The notes: generated by a model not told the origin, from the letters alone. Positions 45,153-59,397 are shown, counted from the first letter of the stretch. The stretch: 64,000 bases of DNA from the human T2T-CHM13v2.0 reference genome, Homo sapiens (GCF_009914755.1 NC_060931.1); one strand, 5' to 3'. Numbers and translations are program-made.

Positions 45153-45413
45153 TTTTTCTTTCTTTCTTTCTTTCTTTTTCTTTCTTTCTTTTCTTTCTTT
45201 CTTTTTCTTTCTTTCTTTTCTTTCTTTTCTTTCTTTCTTTCTCTTTTCTTTTCTTTCTCTTTTTTCTTTCTTTCTTTTTTCTCTCTTTTTTATTCTTTCT
45301 CTTTTTTATTCTCTCTTTCTCTCTCTCTTTCTCTCTTTTCTCTCTCTCTTTCTCTCTTTTCTCTCTCTCTTTCTCTCTTTTCTCTCTCCTCTCTTCTCTC
45401 TTCTCTTTCTTTC
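45153..45413. repeat. (TTTC)n/(TC)n tract, expanded tail of the adjacent Alu
   Basis: About 260 nt of C/T with only two A interruptions. Confidence 0.92.
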
Positions 45414-45677
45414 ATCTCACTCTGTCTCCCAGGCTGGAGTGCAATGGTGCAATCTCAGCTCACTGCAACCTCTGCCTCCCAGTTCAAGTGATTCTCCTGC
45501 TTCAGCCTCCCGAGTTGGGATTACAGGCGCCTGCCACCATGCCCAGCTAATTTTTGTATATTTTGTAGAGACGGGGTTTTGCCATGTTGCCCAGGCAGGT
45601 CTTTAACTCCTGAGCTCGAGCAATCCACCTGCCTTGGCCTCCAAAAGTGCTGGAATTACAGGCATGAGTGAGCCACC
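45414..45677 (-). mobile_element. AluS-type element
   Basis: Antisense dimer following the CT tract. Confidence 0.9.
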
Positions 45678-48453
45678 AATTTATTTCTAACTAGCTTGCT
45701 GAGTTACACTTCCTGTGCAGATTTATCTCCTTTTGTTATTATCGAGGCCATCCCGAGACTATGGAGACTTTCCTCCCATGTTTCTGGTCTCTGGTACACC
45801 ATGCCCATCCCCTGAGGAGGGACAGTAACTGTGAGAGAAGGGTACATCACGGGGGCTCAAAACAACAAGCAAAATGCCTCCTGCTCATAAATGGCCATCA
45901 GCAGATAGCAACTCATCTGTCTCCTGGGCAGTCTTGAGCCTTCCCCTTGACGCTCTTTAGCCCCATCTTTCAGCCACATGTCATGTTGTCTTATGACTTT
46001 ACTCATTAGAGTGCCATCAGGGTTCATGCTACCTGGCTTCACTGGCAGAAAGGAATTTAAAGATGGGAAGATGGAGAAAGAAGGAGATGGTACAGGATGA
46101 TTTGATCTGGAGGTCACAGTCCACTAGGGATGGCTTTTGTCCCAGGACAAGGTTGAAATGAATTATCTGCGATGAAGTACGAGGTAGGCATGATCCTGGA
46201 AATGTTTCTTACACATTAGATTACTAAAACTGCTTCCAGCTGGTCTCAACATCTCTGTTAGGAAATAGGCCACTCTCCAGCAGATGTTTCCACTGATGAT
46301 AGTCAACCAGAATAGCCATTCATATGTCTCTGAGCGTGGTGGGCGCAATTCAGTTTTCTCTCCCAGCTTTCTTCATGCCAATAATACACCTTCAAGGTGG
46401 GCTACTTAGGTCTTGATGGTAAATTATAAAAACACTAAGGTCATAACATTCTCTAAACAAGAACAACTTCATCCTACTTCTATGCAGCTTCAGTTAATTT
46501 CTAAATTCCCCAGCACTGCAGGGACTCCCTACTTTCTACCCACCCCTAATTTATTTTTTATAAAACATGATCCAAATATATCATGGGAGATGCACCAGGC
46601 CTTTTCCTGACTTTCAAGTAATGCATTTTTGTGTAAACATGTTGCTTATGAAAGAGCCTTTCATGGATGCCTTGTGTTGCCTTTGCTCAAGAAAATACAT
46701 TTTAAAAGAATTCTCCCCAGCCTGGCATGTAATCTTTCATTAGCCAACATAACCTTGTTTATTTGCTTTTTAAAATTTTATTTGGGAAAGGAAATCAATT
46801 TGCACCCCTGACATGCTGCCAGGTTCCTGTTTATATGCACACAATAGGCAGCTTGGAGGGGGTAAAAATATATAGTTTATGATTTCAGCATTAAGTGTGA
46901 CACAATCTGTATATGAAACCATAGAGGCAGTCCTGTTTTCCTGTCCCTGCAGCCACACTGCAGTTTAAGCTTTTTATCGGAGCGTTATTTCAGTGTGCAC
47001 AGAGGAAATGGTCTTAATCGTACTAGGCACTTTTAGTATGAGGACAAACTGTCAGAATGAAAGTGATTCTTTGCTGGATTTTGTTTGTTTGTATTTTCTT
47101 GTTTGTTCTTAGGAAAATACGTTAAGTGGCCGACTGGGACTCAGCCTTATAACTGGGCTATGCTTTGGGGAAGCTTGAAATGTCTTTCCAGAATAAAATG
47201 TCCTCAGGCTTCTGTGGTCAGAGATTCTTTGGCTGATGGGAGGTTGAGAGGACCCTAAGGTCAGTGTGTCCATCAAACAGAATTCCTTTCCCTTCACTCC
47301 AGTTTCCAACAGTAATATCCAGCAGATGGATATCTGCTGAACTTGACCCTCACTCCTGCCTCCTTTGAGTGGACCCCTGGGCTTTTCTCTTCCCCAAAGT
47401 GAAATAATTACCTTACTGATCCAGTGTATGGAGATCCAAATAGGAACATGAAATAAAGTAATTCCTTCCCCTTTGCAGAAATGACACTCTCTAAAATCAC
47501 CCATCGTCACAAAAAAATCACTGAATTAGTAGTCAGGAGATCCAGATTCTAGTCCTACTCTTGCCTCCATTTAGATGTGGGCCACTGGTCTGGTCACACC
47601 ATCTCTTTGGCCTCCACCTTCTTCTCTGTCAAGTCAGGGAGTTGGATTCAAGGCTCTCCATGGTATATTTCAACTCTGAAGTTCTGGGTGCAGGTACTGA
47701 CAAGTTTCATTAAAGACATCTTCACCTCAGACTTGGAATTTCTTCCTTCCTGTCTCCCAGCTTGCATCCAAGCCAGACCCCCTGTTTTGGGTTTATCTAT
47801 CTGAATTCCTGTTTCTGTTCCTGTTGGGGTGGAGCCTTCTCCCTTCCTTTTCACTGCCTTGGCTTCCTCTGTGTTAATAATTATCTTAACTTCCATGGAT
47901 CTGCTTTTTTCTTTTCATTTTCCTAAGTTACCACTGAAACCTAACAATCAAATCTTGCATATTAAAAGTGTAACTCTACTGGGCAGCACCCATTTGGTTA
48001 CAGACACTGTGCCTGGAGGCAGGACAGGGTCCCTTTCCATTCCACCCTGCTATTCACAAGGTCAGCTCTGGGCCACAGCCTCTTATTGGAGGCCCGGAGG
48101 GCGTTTCCAGTATTTTAAGTGACCCTTTATTTGGCTAAGTGTGCCACAAGCTCTAGGTATGCTCTATATGTGAATCTAGACTGTTCACATGAGCGAGCCA
48201 AGGAGGGAAGCGGACTTGGGGAGAGCTTGAATACAAGGAGAATCTTTCATTATTCATCTCTGCTAGTAATTAGAGGGCACTATTGAATAGATATAATTGG
48301 ATCATGTCACAAAAATTAAGATAAAAGACCATAAGCACCCCATTCTGGCTCAGTGTTCCTCCCCTCTCCTCCGCCTTCACTGGAGTTTTGTTCAGCTGGT
48401 GGTAGGACTCAGCACACTAGAGGTCTTCCAGTTGTCATAGATCTATAAGCTGC

Positions 48454-48455
<2 letters not shown>

Positions 48456-48490
<35 letters not shown>
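48456..48490. repeat. Perfect (TG)17 microsatellite
   Basis: Read directly from the sequence. Confidence 0.95.
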
Positions 48491-48494
<4 letters not shown>

Positions 48495-50129
48495 AAAAAG
48501 CTTCCTGCATATGGGTTTACCTAAACCTTTATCAAACATGGTGGTGTGCAAGGATGTTAGAATAAATGGAGCAACATACAAGACAAAGCATTCATGAGGG
48601 CTGGCAACTGTTCTCTCTTCCTGTGCCAGCAGATGTGAGATTAGTAGTTAGCTACCCAGAGAAATCAGTACTAGGTACAACTGCATGATTGACTTGTAGG
48701 CAAAGCCACTTCACAAATGTGAAGATAATATAAGAAATTCAAATACTTTGTGGTTTATCTTTTGCCCTGACCATACCTTTTATCAATGATTATAAACCTT
48801 TAAAAAGGCGTTTTGTACTGAGATTCTATTTGACTTTTTAGGGAAGATTTAAATTTCTAAATCCATCCATAGGGTTTGAAAACTGTTTCATAAAGTGACT
48901 AGCAAACTATATAGGTGTGAAAAGACATCTATCTGAAAAACGTATTTCTTTACATATAGGGCTGTAATTTGATTTTTTTTAAAGTAACTGGACAACACTC
49001 AAATATTTACAAAACAGATCTTAGAGCAAAATAAAAAAAACAGGCAAACAAACACATAACTATCATTAGCATAAGAACATAAGCATCATCACAAAGGGAA
49101 AGTTACAAAGCCTTTTGTCCAGGAATTCACTTACTGAAAGCTCCAGCAATATGGGTGTTGTTCTTATGTGAATCCCTGATTCCCCTGAGATCTCATCTAG
49201 AGTTTAGGTTTAGAAATATTATTTCTTAGTCTATCAAAGAATCAGTAAATTTGTTCCACATTGAAGTTATCAGTAGAGCACAATAGAATGAAAATGAACT
49301 TAAAATGGAATGTTATAGAATGTTCCAGTTGCCGAAGACCAGGGACCTGCAGACTTAGTGGTTTTTCACAGGAATGAGAGGTTGCCAGGGAGAGTGCCTC
49401 AATAAAAATACGGATGTCACTGACATTAGCGCTTCTGCTTAGGGAGTCAACCCATATATCCTGGCTGTCTTAGGTAGAGAAATGCAGCTTCTAGATGTGC
49501 TCACTTTCCTCCTGCTCAGTAATTTTGGCAGAAAGTAGAGTTGAGCTCGGCACGGTAATGGCTTTATGGTACATAAACACCAGGTGCCAAATTCCATCTT
49601 CTGTGACTCCCACATATAAAGCTGTTCTTATTCTAAGCCCGATTGTTTCACCAGGAGGAATGTAGACAGATAGGAAGCTGTGGCCTTAAAGTGAGACCTG
49701 GTTTTCAGGGCGTGTAACTGGGTTCAGAGGAGCCACGCTTGCCCGAGCTCATCTTTGTGGGGTGGAGCCAGGTTACTTGGGCACACCATGGGATGGGTGC
49801 GTCTTAGCTCTGCCGTCTATTGTTTTTTTCAGCCCAATCATGATTTTTTAGGTGTGTGGGTCAATGCAAAGCCAGTTTATTTTTCTGTGTGTTAGGCTGA
49901 TGGATGATTTTTTACCCTTCTGACTTAATTTTTCTTGTATAAATTTTCTCTAATGAACATGTGTATTATGGATATACTGGTGATAAAATAAAAATAACCT
50001 AAGTTTGATGAACACATAATTGTACTGGGTATTTTCTGATCACCTATCCAAGCCCATTCTGTCCCTTTTTGACTCTGTTCTTGCCCTGAAAGCCTGGCCC
50101 GTACACACAATCTTAATGAGCACCTTTAA

Positions 50130-50530
50130 CTGGTGTTTTCCTGTTTAGTTTGGGCATATGGCTATGGAGGCATCACTGCAGGTTCCAGGAAGGAAGCAGG
50201 GAGACACTGGGCATCTATTCTCCTAGCTCCTTCAGTTGGCTGCTTTCTTTGACCAGGAGCAACAGCTCTGGCCACGTGCCCTCTCCCCACATGGTTCTCT
50301 CTTCTTCCCTGGTCTTACTGACTTCTCCCCAGCTTCCTCTCTCCTGAGTCCTGGTAACTTCTTCCTTCTCTTACTCTTGTAGGCCTAGGGATACTAACAG
50401 CTCCCTGCTGAAACTGGCCCCAGGGCTTTCCTACAATCTGTTCCCACCTTTGCAAAAAGTCTCTTTATTAAATGCTCCTCACATTACCCAGTTTGAAGGT
50501 ACTAGCTGTTTCCTACTGGGATCCCAGATG
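50130..50530 (+). mobile_element. LTR16-like ERVL LTR
   Basis: aggcctagggatactaacagctccctgctg...ctctttattaaa...acccagtttga...tgtttcct. Confidence 0.55.
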
Positions 50531-50949
50531 TTAAAGTAGTCAAACTCTCTAATTGAAATTGTGCTTTTATATGCAGTCTTCTCAGACTAAAGCATCACCT
50601 TCTTTCTGTTTGAGTGCAATTTTAACAATACTGAGAAACAGTGGAATCTCACGGTACAATGAAGTGAAATGAAATTTTAAAAATTAAGGAATATGATAGC
50701 TTCAGAAGGCAGGGGATTATATACGAAAATGAATTCATGACTTTTAAAGAAGTATTTTAAAGACATGAGATCCCAGAGAAAGAAATCATAAAAGAGATCC
50801 TTGATGGTTAAGAAAAAAATAGAACCATTAGGTTTTCTGTGTGTGTGTTTTTTTTAATTCTTATTTGAAGAATAAGGATCAGAAATGATCTGGTGCTTTT
50901 GGACCAGAATAAGTGAGGGAGGATGTCATGAATGGGAAAGGATAGATTA

Positions 50950-51270
50950 AATAAGGGTGAAATTGGTTTCAAGGAGGCAGAGCTGTAATTTCTGATCAAG
51001 TGGTCAGGCCTCATATGTGAGCCTCATTGGAAGGTAACATTTAAGGAAACACTTGGAAGAGATGAGGGAAGGAACTGGGGATATGTGGGAAGAAGCCTTC
51101 CAGTTTAGGGGAATAGCTGGTGCCAAGGCTCCTGTGTGCTCACAGAATATCAAGGAGGTCCTTGTGAGTCTGCAACAACAGAGTGATGGGGTAGAGTAGC
51201 AGGAAATGAAATCACAGTGGTAATAGGTTATAGCATGCAGGTTTCTGGAGCACCTTACGGGAACTGTGAA
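50950..51270 (-). mobile_element. L2 fragment
   Basis: gcctcattggaaggtaacattt...gtgccaaggctcct. Confidence 0.55.
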
Positions 51271-52651
51271 AATGAAAACTACCTCAGTGACTCCTATTGC
51301 ACCAGGGACCCCTAAGGATCCAGAGAACCCAAGTTGTGCTAGGAGAAATTGATGAAGTTTGCTTTCAATATTCAGACAGGATTTCCGGAAGTTTCTTTGG
51401 GCACTGTCATGCCCAGTTGTGGCCAGTGTATTATCCCCTGTGCTACATAACAAATGCTGTTTTGTTTGCTGTGATCAAGAGAAAAATGTTATCTCTTTAA
51501 ATTCAGATGTCATAAAATAAGACAGACTAAGCCTCTCACTGAGTTTCTCTGTTGCATTGCTTAGTTTGGTTTTTGCTTTAAGAAAAAAGAAATACTGTTA
51601 ATGACGACTAAGTTTGGTTGGAAGTAATGGTGGTTCAAAGGTACTTATTCCCCAGTAAAACACCCACTTCCCAGGGTAGAAATAGGCTGCTGAATTAACA
51701 CTGATCATTAGAACAGCACAGCAGTAACTTACATTTGCAAGTACTAGACAATTTACAATGCAAGGCCATTCATGAAGAGCTACCTGACAGGTTCCACCAG
51801 AAGTGAAATGAAGCAGCAAGCATCTCTTTTCTCTATTGTTTTGGAAGAGGAAGTCTAACTTGTAGCACATTTTCCTTTCCACTGAAGATAGCATTTCTGT
51901 TTTATGTTGAGAGTATAATTTGCCAACTATTCCAGAATGCAGGTGCCCAACCAATGCTCCAGGCAAGGGAGTTTTCAAGCAATTTCAACTTAGCCAGCCC
52001 TACCCTCCAGCTCTTTTGGCCAGGAGAGAACAGGAGCTGAGAAAGGGGGGCTTGGGCAAGGGAAAGGCAAAGGCAAGTCTCTTCTCAGTTCTGTAATATA
52101 TCATTAGCAGCTTTCCAGAGAGTGCTACATTTATATTTCTGGTCATTAAGTAGGTATGCATTGGAGTCTCTTTGAAATGCTGAAGAAATAGACCCTTCAG
52201 CATCCTTGTGGTACTTTTATACGTGTCCTTATTTTTAGTAACTTGGCCAATTTCTGGTAAGGAAGGGAGAGACATTTGTTTAGTAATTCTAGAATAGGCC
52301 ATTTGCCTCTTGCACCGCCAGACTAGATTTGCAGTGTGCAAATGCTCAGCATTTCTCTGCATGTGCTGCGCCCCTTTCGTGATTTTAAATACCCTTTCGT
52401 CTCCCACACTACACAGGTGTGAGAGCTTGGCAAGGTCATTGTTGCCATCTGTTTATCTGCCCCACACCTGCCTCAGGACTCCTTTCCTCACTTGTTTCTA
52501 GTCACTTTGCTTTGGTTTTTCCTGTCGGTTTCCCAGTCACTTGGAAGGGCCCTCACTTCCATCAGTGGCTCTGGTTGACCAGACACATGGCAAATTGAGG
52601 AGACTGTTAAGCTGCTTGCTGGCCTCTGCGTGTTGATATGACTTAGGATAA

Positions 52652-52978
<327 letters not shown>

Positions 52979-53094
52979 CAATGTTATCTTTTTAGATTAG
53001 GATCATAGGCTTAAGATGACCACGTGCCTGACTTAGACAAGAGGAAATTGTCTATCAGTTGCTGTTTAGTCACATTTCAACGCCTCAAAAATCA

Positions 53095-54070
53095 CAGTTC
53101 ATTTATCTATCCAACCAATGGTAATTTATATAGTTCTGTGCCAGGCACTGAGCTAGGTGCTAGCGATAGAAGAGAAAACAAGAGGCTGTGTTCCTTTCTT
53201 CCTGGAATTGATTGTACAGTGAACTGGAAATAGTAGTAATAACAATCGCACATTGTGAAACATGCTATAGGTGAAAGGACTGGGGTGCTGAGTAGAAGAT
53301 AACAGGTGGAATACCTTTAGTTAGGGAGGTGACGTTTAAGATGAACCTGAAAAGGGGAGAGGAAGCTAATCATTCTAAGAATAAGAGGATGTCAGAGCAG
53401 AGAAGAGCAGGGCTGTAAGATAATATGTATGTTACTAAAGCTCTTTTCAAACCATTGCTTTATCTTTACTTTGTAGGTCAAAGGAAGCAAAGGTACATGA
53501 TCCTCATTTTGTACTTGAGAAAATGTCATTGATTGATCAATCAACAGATTTATTGCTTAGAGGACAGGATTTAGCTAGGCAGAGAGAAGGAGAGGAAATT
53601 CTAGGCCTGGGGCATGTACAGGCAAAGGTATGAAGGTGAAAATTTGAAGTCACTAGTTGCGTAATGAATAGACCAGTGTGGCTGGAGTTTAGGGTTTGCA
53701 CAGGGGATAGTGGTAGGAGATGAGGCTGGAAATATAGGGTCTTGAAGGCAAGGCTAAGTGTGGGCTTTTACTGATGGTAATGGGGAGCTATAGCAGGTTT
53801 CAGAGCTGGAGAGTAGCATTAGGAAAGTGCTGAATTACATCAATTAATTGGAGAACAGGGTCTGGAGTGTTCTGGGAGGGACTAAAAGGATTGGAAGCCA
53901 GGAACCAGGCTCCTATATCAGTAGGAAGCAATTGTATGATCAGGACAGGAGGTGACAGACCTCTAAAGCTAGTGGGATGGTCAAGAAGAGGCAAGGCAGA
54001 TGTGGGAACCATGAAGACAAAATCGACAGACTGGAGAAGTTCAGCAGGATCATGTGTTTAGTGGTGGAGT
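53095..54070 (-). mobile_element. L2 fragments
   Basis: ctgtgccaggcactgagctaggtgct and ggtaatggggagctatagcaggttt. Confidence 0.65.
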
Positions 54071-54162
54071 TTGGATGAAAACACAGACCTGCTGACCAGC
54101 CCTTTGCCCTTCAGAACATGGTATAATTGGCTCTCGGTGACACATCTTTCTCTGCTTCCACA

Positions 54163-54458
54163 GTGTGTGTGCGTGTGTGTGCGTGCGCGCGCGTGTGTGT
54201 GTGTGTGCGTGTGTGTGTGCGTGCGTGCGTGTGCGTGCGTGCGCGCGCGCGTGCGTGCGTGCGTGTGCGCGCGCGCGTGCGCGTGCGTGCGCGTGCGTGT
54301 GCGTGCGCGCGTGTGCGTGCGTGCGCGTGCGTGTGTGTGTGCGCGTGTGCGTGCGTGCGCGTGCGTGTGTGTGTGCGCGTGTGCGTGCGTGCGCGTGCGT
54401 GTGTGCACGTGTGTGCGCGTGCGTGTGTGCGTGCGTGCGTGTGTGCGTGCGTGTGTGT

Positions 54459-54489
<31 letters not shown>
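54163..54489. repeat. 327-bp compound (GT/GC)n tract with perfect purine-pyrimidine alternation
   Basis: Every odd position is G (one A at 54407) and every even position is C or T. About 66 CpGs by manual count. Confidence 0.97.
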
Positions 54490-54879
54490 AAGGTATTTTT
54501 CAGATTCATGTGTTTTTCATCCCTTCTCTTCCCTACTTTTCATATTCCTTCTAAGCTGGAGGCTAACTGTAGTAAGGAGAGTGCTGACTTTTTATTTTCT
54601 CTTGTTCCACAGCACTCATTGTACTGTTCTATATATTCACTCAGCAAACATCTATGTGGTGGGCATTGTATTAGGCCCTGAGGACAATGGTAGGAAATCA
54701 GACCCTGTCCCCATCATCAAAGTGTTCAGAGCTAGAAGGAAGACTGACTTGAAACATAGTATATATACCAGTGTGTTCTAAGGGCTTTGAAAGAAGTGTG
54801 TGTGGGATAAGGTGGAGGACCAAGGAGTAGTTAGCTGATACTATCTGGTGTTAGCATTGATAGTAATGATGATGAGAAT

Positions 54880-55050
54880 AGTGATAATTAGAATAATGGC
54901 TGCTAACATTTATTGGACAGTTAATTATCCAACACTGCATTAAATGCTATGCTTGTATTACCTGATTTAATCTTTACAAAAACCTTATCAGATAGGGTTG
55001 TCTCTATTTAACAATTGAGAAAACTGAAGTACAGAGAAGCTATAAGCTTG
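54880..55050 (-). mobile_element. MIR
   Basis: gctaacatttattgga...tgagaaaactgaagtacagagaag. Confidence 0.65.
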
Positions 55051-55200
55051 CTGAAGATCAGACATCATTCATTTACTTGCAGAATAATTGAATCCATTGC
55101 TATCTACCAAGCACACAGCATGGAGGCAGGCACTGGTTATTTTCAGGTGAACACATCATGTTTTCTGCTGCAAGAACAGTGAACAGTTATGTCATTTTTA

Positions 55201-55503
<303 letters not shown>

Positions 55504-56379
55504 TAATGGCACGAGACTAGTTTCTAATGTCCAGGATTTTGGTGGATACGTCAATCACAGAAATTTGCTCAATCTTGATTCCAGTAACCCAAATAAAGTA
55601 GAGCTATTTCTCTCCTTTTAACCCATATGATTATATTTAGCAAAGACAACCAAGACAGTAATGTGGGAGATGAGAACAGAAACATGGACAATTCAAGGCA
55701 TTAAGAAACTGACCAGGAAGGGGCAGAATCTTTCTTTGAGAGACACTTGGAAACTGTTTCTCACAGTCAAGGGTGGCACCTGAGAAGATATTTATTGTCT
55801 TGAGTATTCGACTACAAGATTAAATGAATAGCTATAAAATGCTCACAGGGATGGTTCAGAGCTCCATTGCCTCAAACCCAGTATTAGAAAGAATGACAGA
55901 GTTCTGGGGATTGGAGGGGAGCCTCAGCAACCTGGGCAGATCTTGCTGCTCAGGAGCTGACAGCCTCAAGTCTAGAACCTCACTTATGGGGGCCGTCTGC
56001 TTCTGGCAATGGGTGAGGGGGCTAAGGCCACTGATGATTATATCAGTGTGCAAGCTGCCTCTCTACCTACTGTGATGTCTTCCCTCAAGTCAAAGGGGAG
56101 CTGCCTATGCATGCAGCATGACTTTTAGATAAGGGACACTAATCAGACATTTTGAAATGAATTCATGGTGTATATCCAAGTTTTTCCAGCTGTAAAAGTG
56201 GTGATGATGACATTGATCCAAATTAGTGGTATGCCAGATATACTGTTGTATATTTCTCAGACCACATACCAATATTAATTAATCACTTATTTATAGTGCC
56301 CATTTGTAAGAATAACAGGCATACCTTATTTTCTACCAAGTCACTTTCTACAAAAAATATTTGTACCACAAGACTTAGA

Positions 56380-56610
56380 AGCAGCAGGGCTTAGTGGTGA
56401 TGAGCCTGGTTAAGACGTCTGAAGCCAAACTGCCTAGAGCTGAGCTTTTCCACTTATTGGCTGTGTGATTTTGAACAAGTCACTTAACCTCTCTTTGCCT
56501 CAATGTCCTCAACTGTATAGTAACCATATATCTACCTTCTAGACTGATGATAAGAGTTAAATGAGTTTTCTGACATACAGTAATGCTGTATCAGTGTTAG
56601 CCATGATTAA
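56380..56610 (+). mobile_element. MIR
   Basis: gctgtgtgattttgaacaagtcacttaacctctctttgcctca. Confidence 0.75.
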
Positions 56611-56719
56611 TATTACTAATATTAATATCAGTCATGGGGAGCAGCCACCAGACTGTACATTTTGTCTCTGAGCCTCATGTTCTGGACTTTACTGAAAGGA
56701 AAGAAGTACATTTTTGTTT

Positions 56720-56910
56720 TCAGACGCTGTGCTGGGACATCCGTCATCTCACATGATTCTGATGCTAATCCTGTCCTTTCGATGATTATCTCCATTTTAA
56801 AGATGAGAAAGGTATGGCTCAGAGAACTTAAATTTTGTGCCCCAGACATGATGGAGCTGATGCAAACTTGATCCTAGGTCTGGCCCATCCTAGTGCTTAT
56901 GTTTTTCTTT
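56720..56910 (-). mobile_element. MIR
   Basis: tctccattttaaagatgagaaa...ggctcagaga. Confidence 0.65.
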
Positions 56911-56971
56911 TATACTATGGTACCTCTTGGAATTTGTCAGAGTTAAGTAGCAAACTGAAAAAGCAAAATGA

Positions 56972-57146
<175 letters not shown>

Positions 57147-59092
57147 TGAAAAAGCAGAATTTAAATATGTATATCAAGGCTAGAGTTTTCATAGCCCCCC
57201 TGTGCTCTCCTCTCCTTTCTGAAGAGGTGACCTGAGATGGTTTCTTACCTTGTGTGTGTTTCTTACCTTGCCCTGTGTTACAGTGCTGCGGAGAATGCTA
57301 GGAGGGAGAGGTGGCCTGCATGGTCCCTGGTGCCCTCCTCTACTCCATGTGTCCTCTGATACCTCACTACCCCCTTGGTCATGGGGCAGCCTGTCCTCTT
57401 AGCAAGATCCAAAAAATACCTGTCCTGATAGATAGCTCCTGAGAGCACCAAATGGAGGAATCAGGGCTCTTTAACATCTTTTCTATACCTCCAGAAAGCC
57501 TAGTAGCTTCCAGAGGGTTAGAACCTTTGTTATTCTGTGAATGTCTTGCATATCTTTTGGATGCAGTTCAGGGATGTTTACATCTGGGAACTTCTGAAAG
57601 TCTTCATAACTGCCCAGGCATCATTAAGATGCAGACAACTCTAAGATTGCACAACTCGTAAATGCGAGTTAAGATGACCCTGGCTCTTTATGGAAAATCC
57701 CATAAAGTCTCTACACAGTGGCAGTTGGATGGAATATAGATTTGCAGATAACATTTTGAGACCTTACAGGAATCAACATCATTTTGCCTATATGCTCCAA
57801 CCTTCACTTTCAATTGTGGTCCATTCCCTTCATCCTTCATTACCACACCCTGAAATTATAGTTATTTTTAAAAACACGGATGTATGTTTATGTGCATCAG
57901 ATTGTTTTTTTGCATTTTGTATTCCAAGCCCATGCATGCAGAAAGACAATTACCACTCTACCTCAAGCTCAGGAGTATGCAATCAAGACTCATTATTCTC
58001 CTGCTTCTCATTTCATTCACACCCTTTATGTCTCAGAACAATAATGAATGGAGAGCAAAGCATCCCAAGATACTTGAGGAAAGGAAGAAGTCAAAGGACA
58101 TGCTGAGAAATGTGAATCAAAGAGGGAGAAATTTCGGTGAAGATCGTTTGTTTAAAGTGGAGCTTTCATCTTTGGTGGTTGGGAGATTGTACTTTTTGTT
58201 AGATCTGTTTCTTGAATCATGATCCCTTGGGGTTTGGCAGAAAGCTATAATTTTTGGGAGGCTCACTTCTACAAAAGCTTATGGTTATGAAGAAAAATCA
58301 ACGTTTGTAGGTCCATGAATCAGAGTCTAAAAAGTCTGTTTGGATATTTAGTGTCTCATAAAATATAACATAGGAAGAGACTTGTGGAGTGTCACAGCTG
58401 GAAAAGATCATGAAGACCATGTGGTCCAGCCCCCTCCTTTAATGATGAGACTACTGAGCCCAGCGAGGTTGAATGATTCATCTAGGTTACATGGCTACAA
58501 GGAAGGGTAGACAAACTGGACTAGAATAGACCTCTTAACTCCCAAGCCTGTATATTTTCAACACTATTACACATTACTAATCATTTGGAAACATTTGAGC
58601 CAAAGCAGGAACCATGTATCATAAATGAGAGAATCTTAGCAATAGAAGAGACCTTGGAGGTCATCTGGTGCCATCTCCCTTCTGAGGCAGGAATCCTTTT
58701 GGTGACGTAGCTGACAAATGGCCACTCATCCTGGCTTAACTCTAGTGCCAGGAAGCTCAGTATGTTACAGGCAGCTTGTTGTGTCTTTGGAAATCTCTAC
58801 ATATTGGTAAATTTGTTCGGACAGAAGGTCATATCTGTACCTTGAAAGTATCACCCCATTAGGAGTGAGGGTGACCAGAGGTGAGTGGCATGGTATTGGT
58901 GATGGTGAGAAGTTTTACTCTTTTTCTCATCTTAAAATAAGGATAGTAATGCCTACCTCTAAGGATCATTGGGAAGACTAGAGATGTGGTTTATAAAGCA
59001 TCTACCATCGTGCCTGCTTCAACGTAGGTATTCAAATTGTAATTATTATTGACTTTTATCATCATGATTACATTTTTGAAATTATGCCCTCT

Positions 59093-59386
<294 letters not shown>

Positions 59387-59397
59387 TTATGCCATCT

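Noticed and set aside
45014-45550. 178-aa Phe/Leu/Ser-rich membrane-like ORF
   Set aside because: Artefact of the CT tract and the Alu
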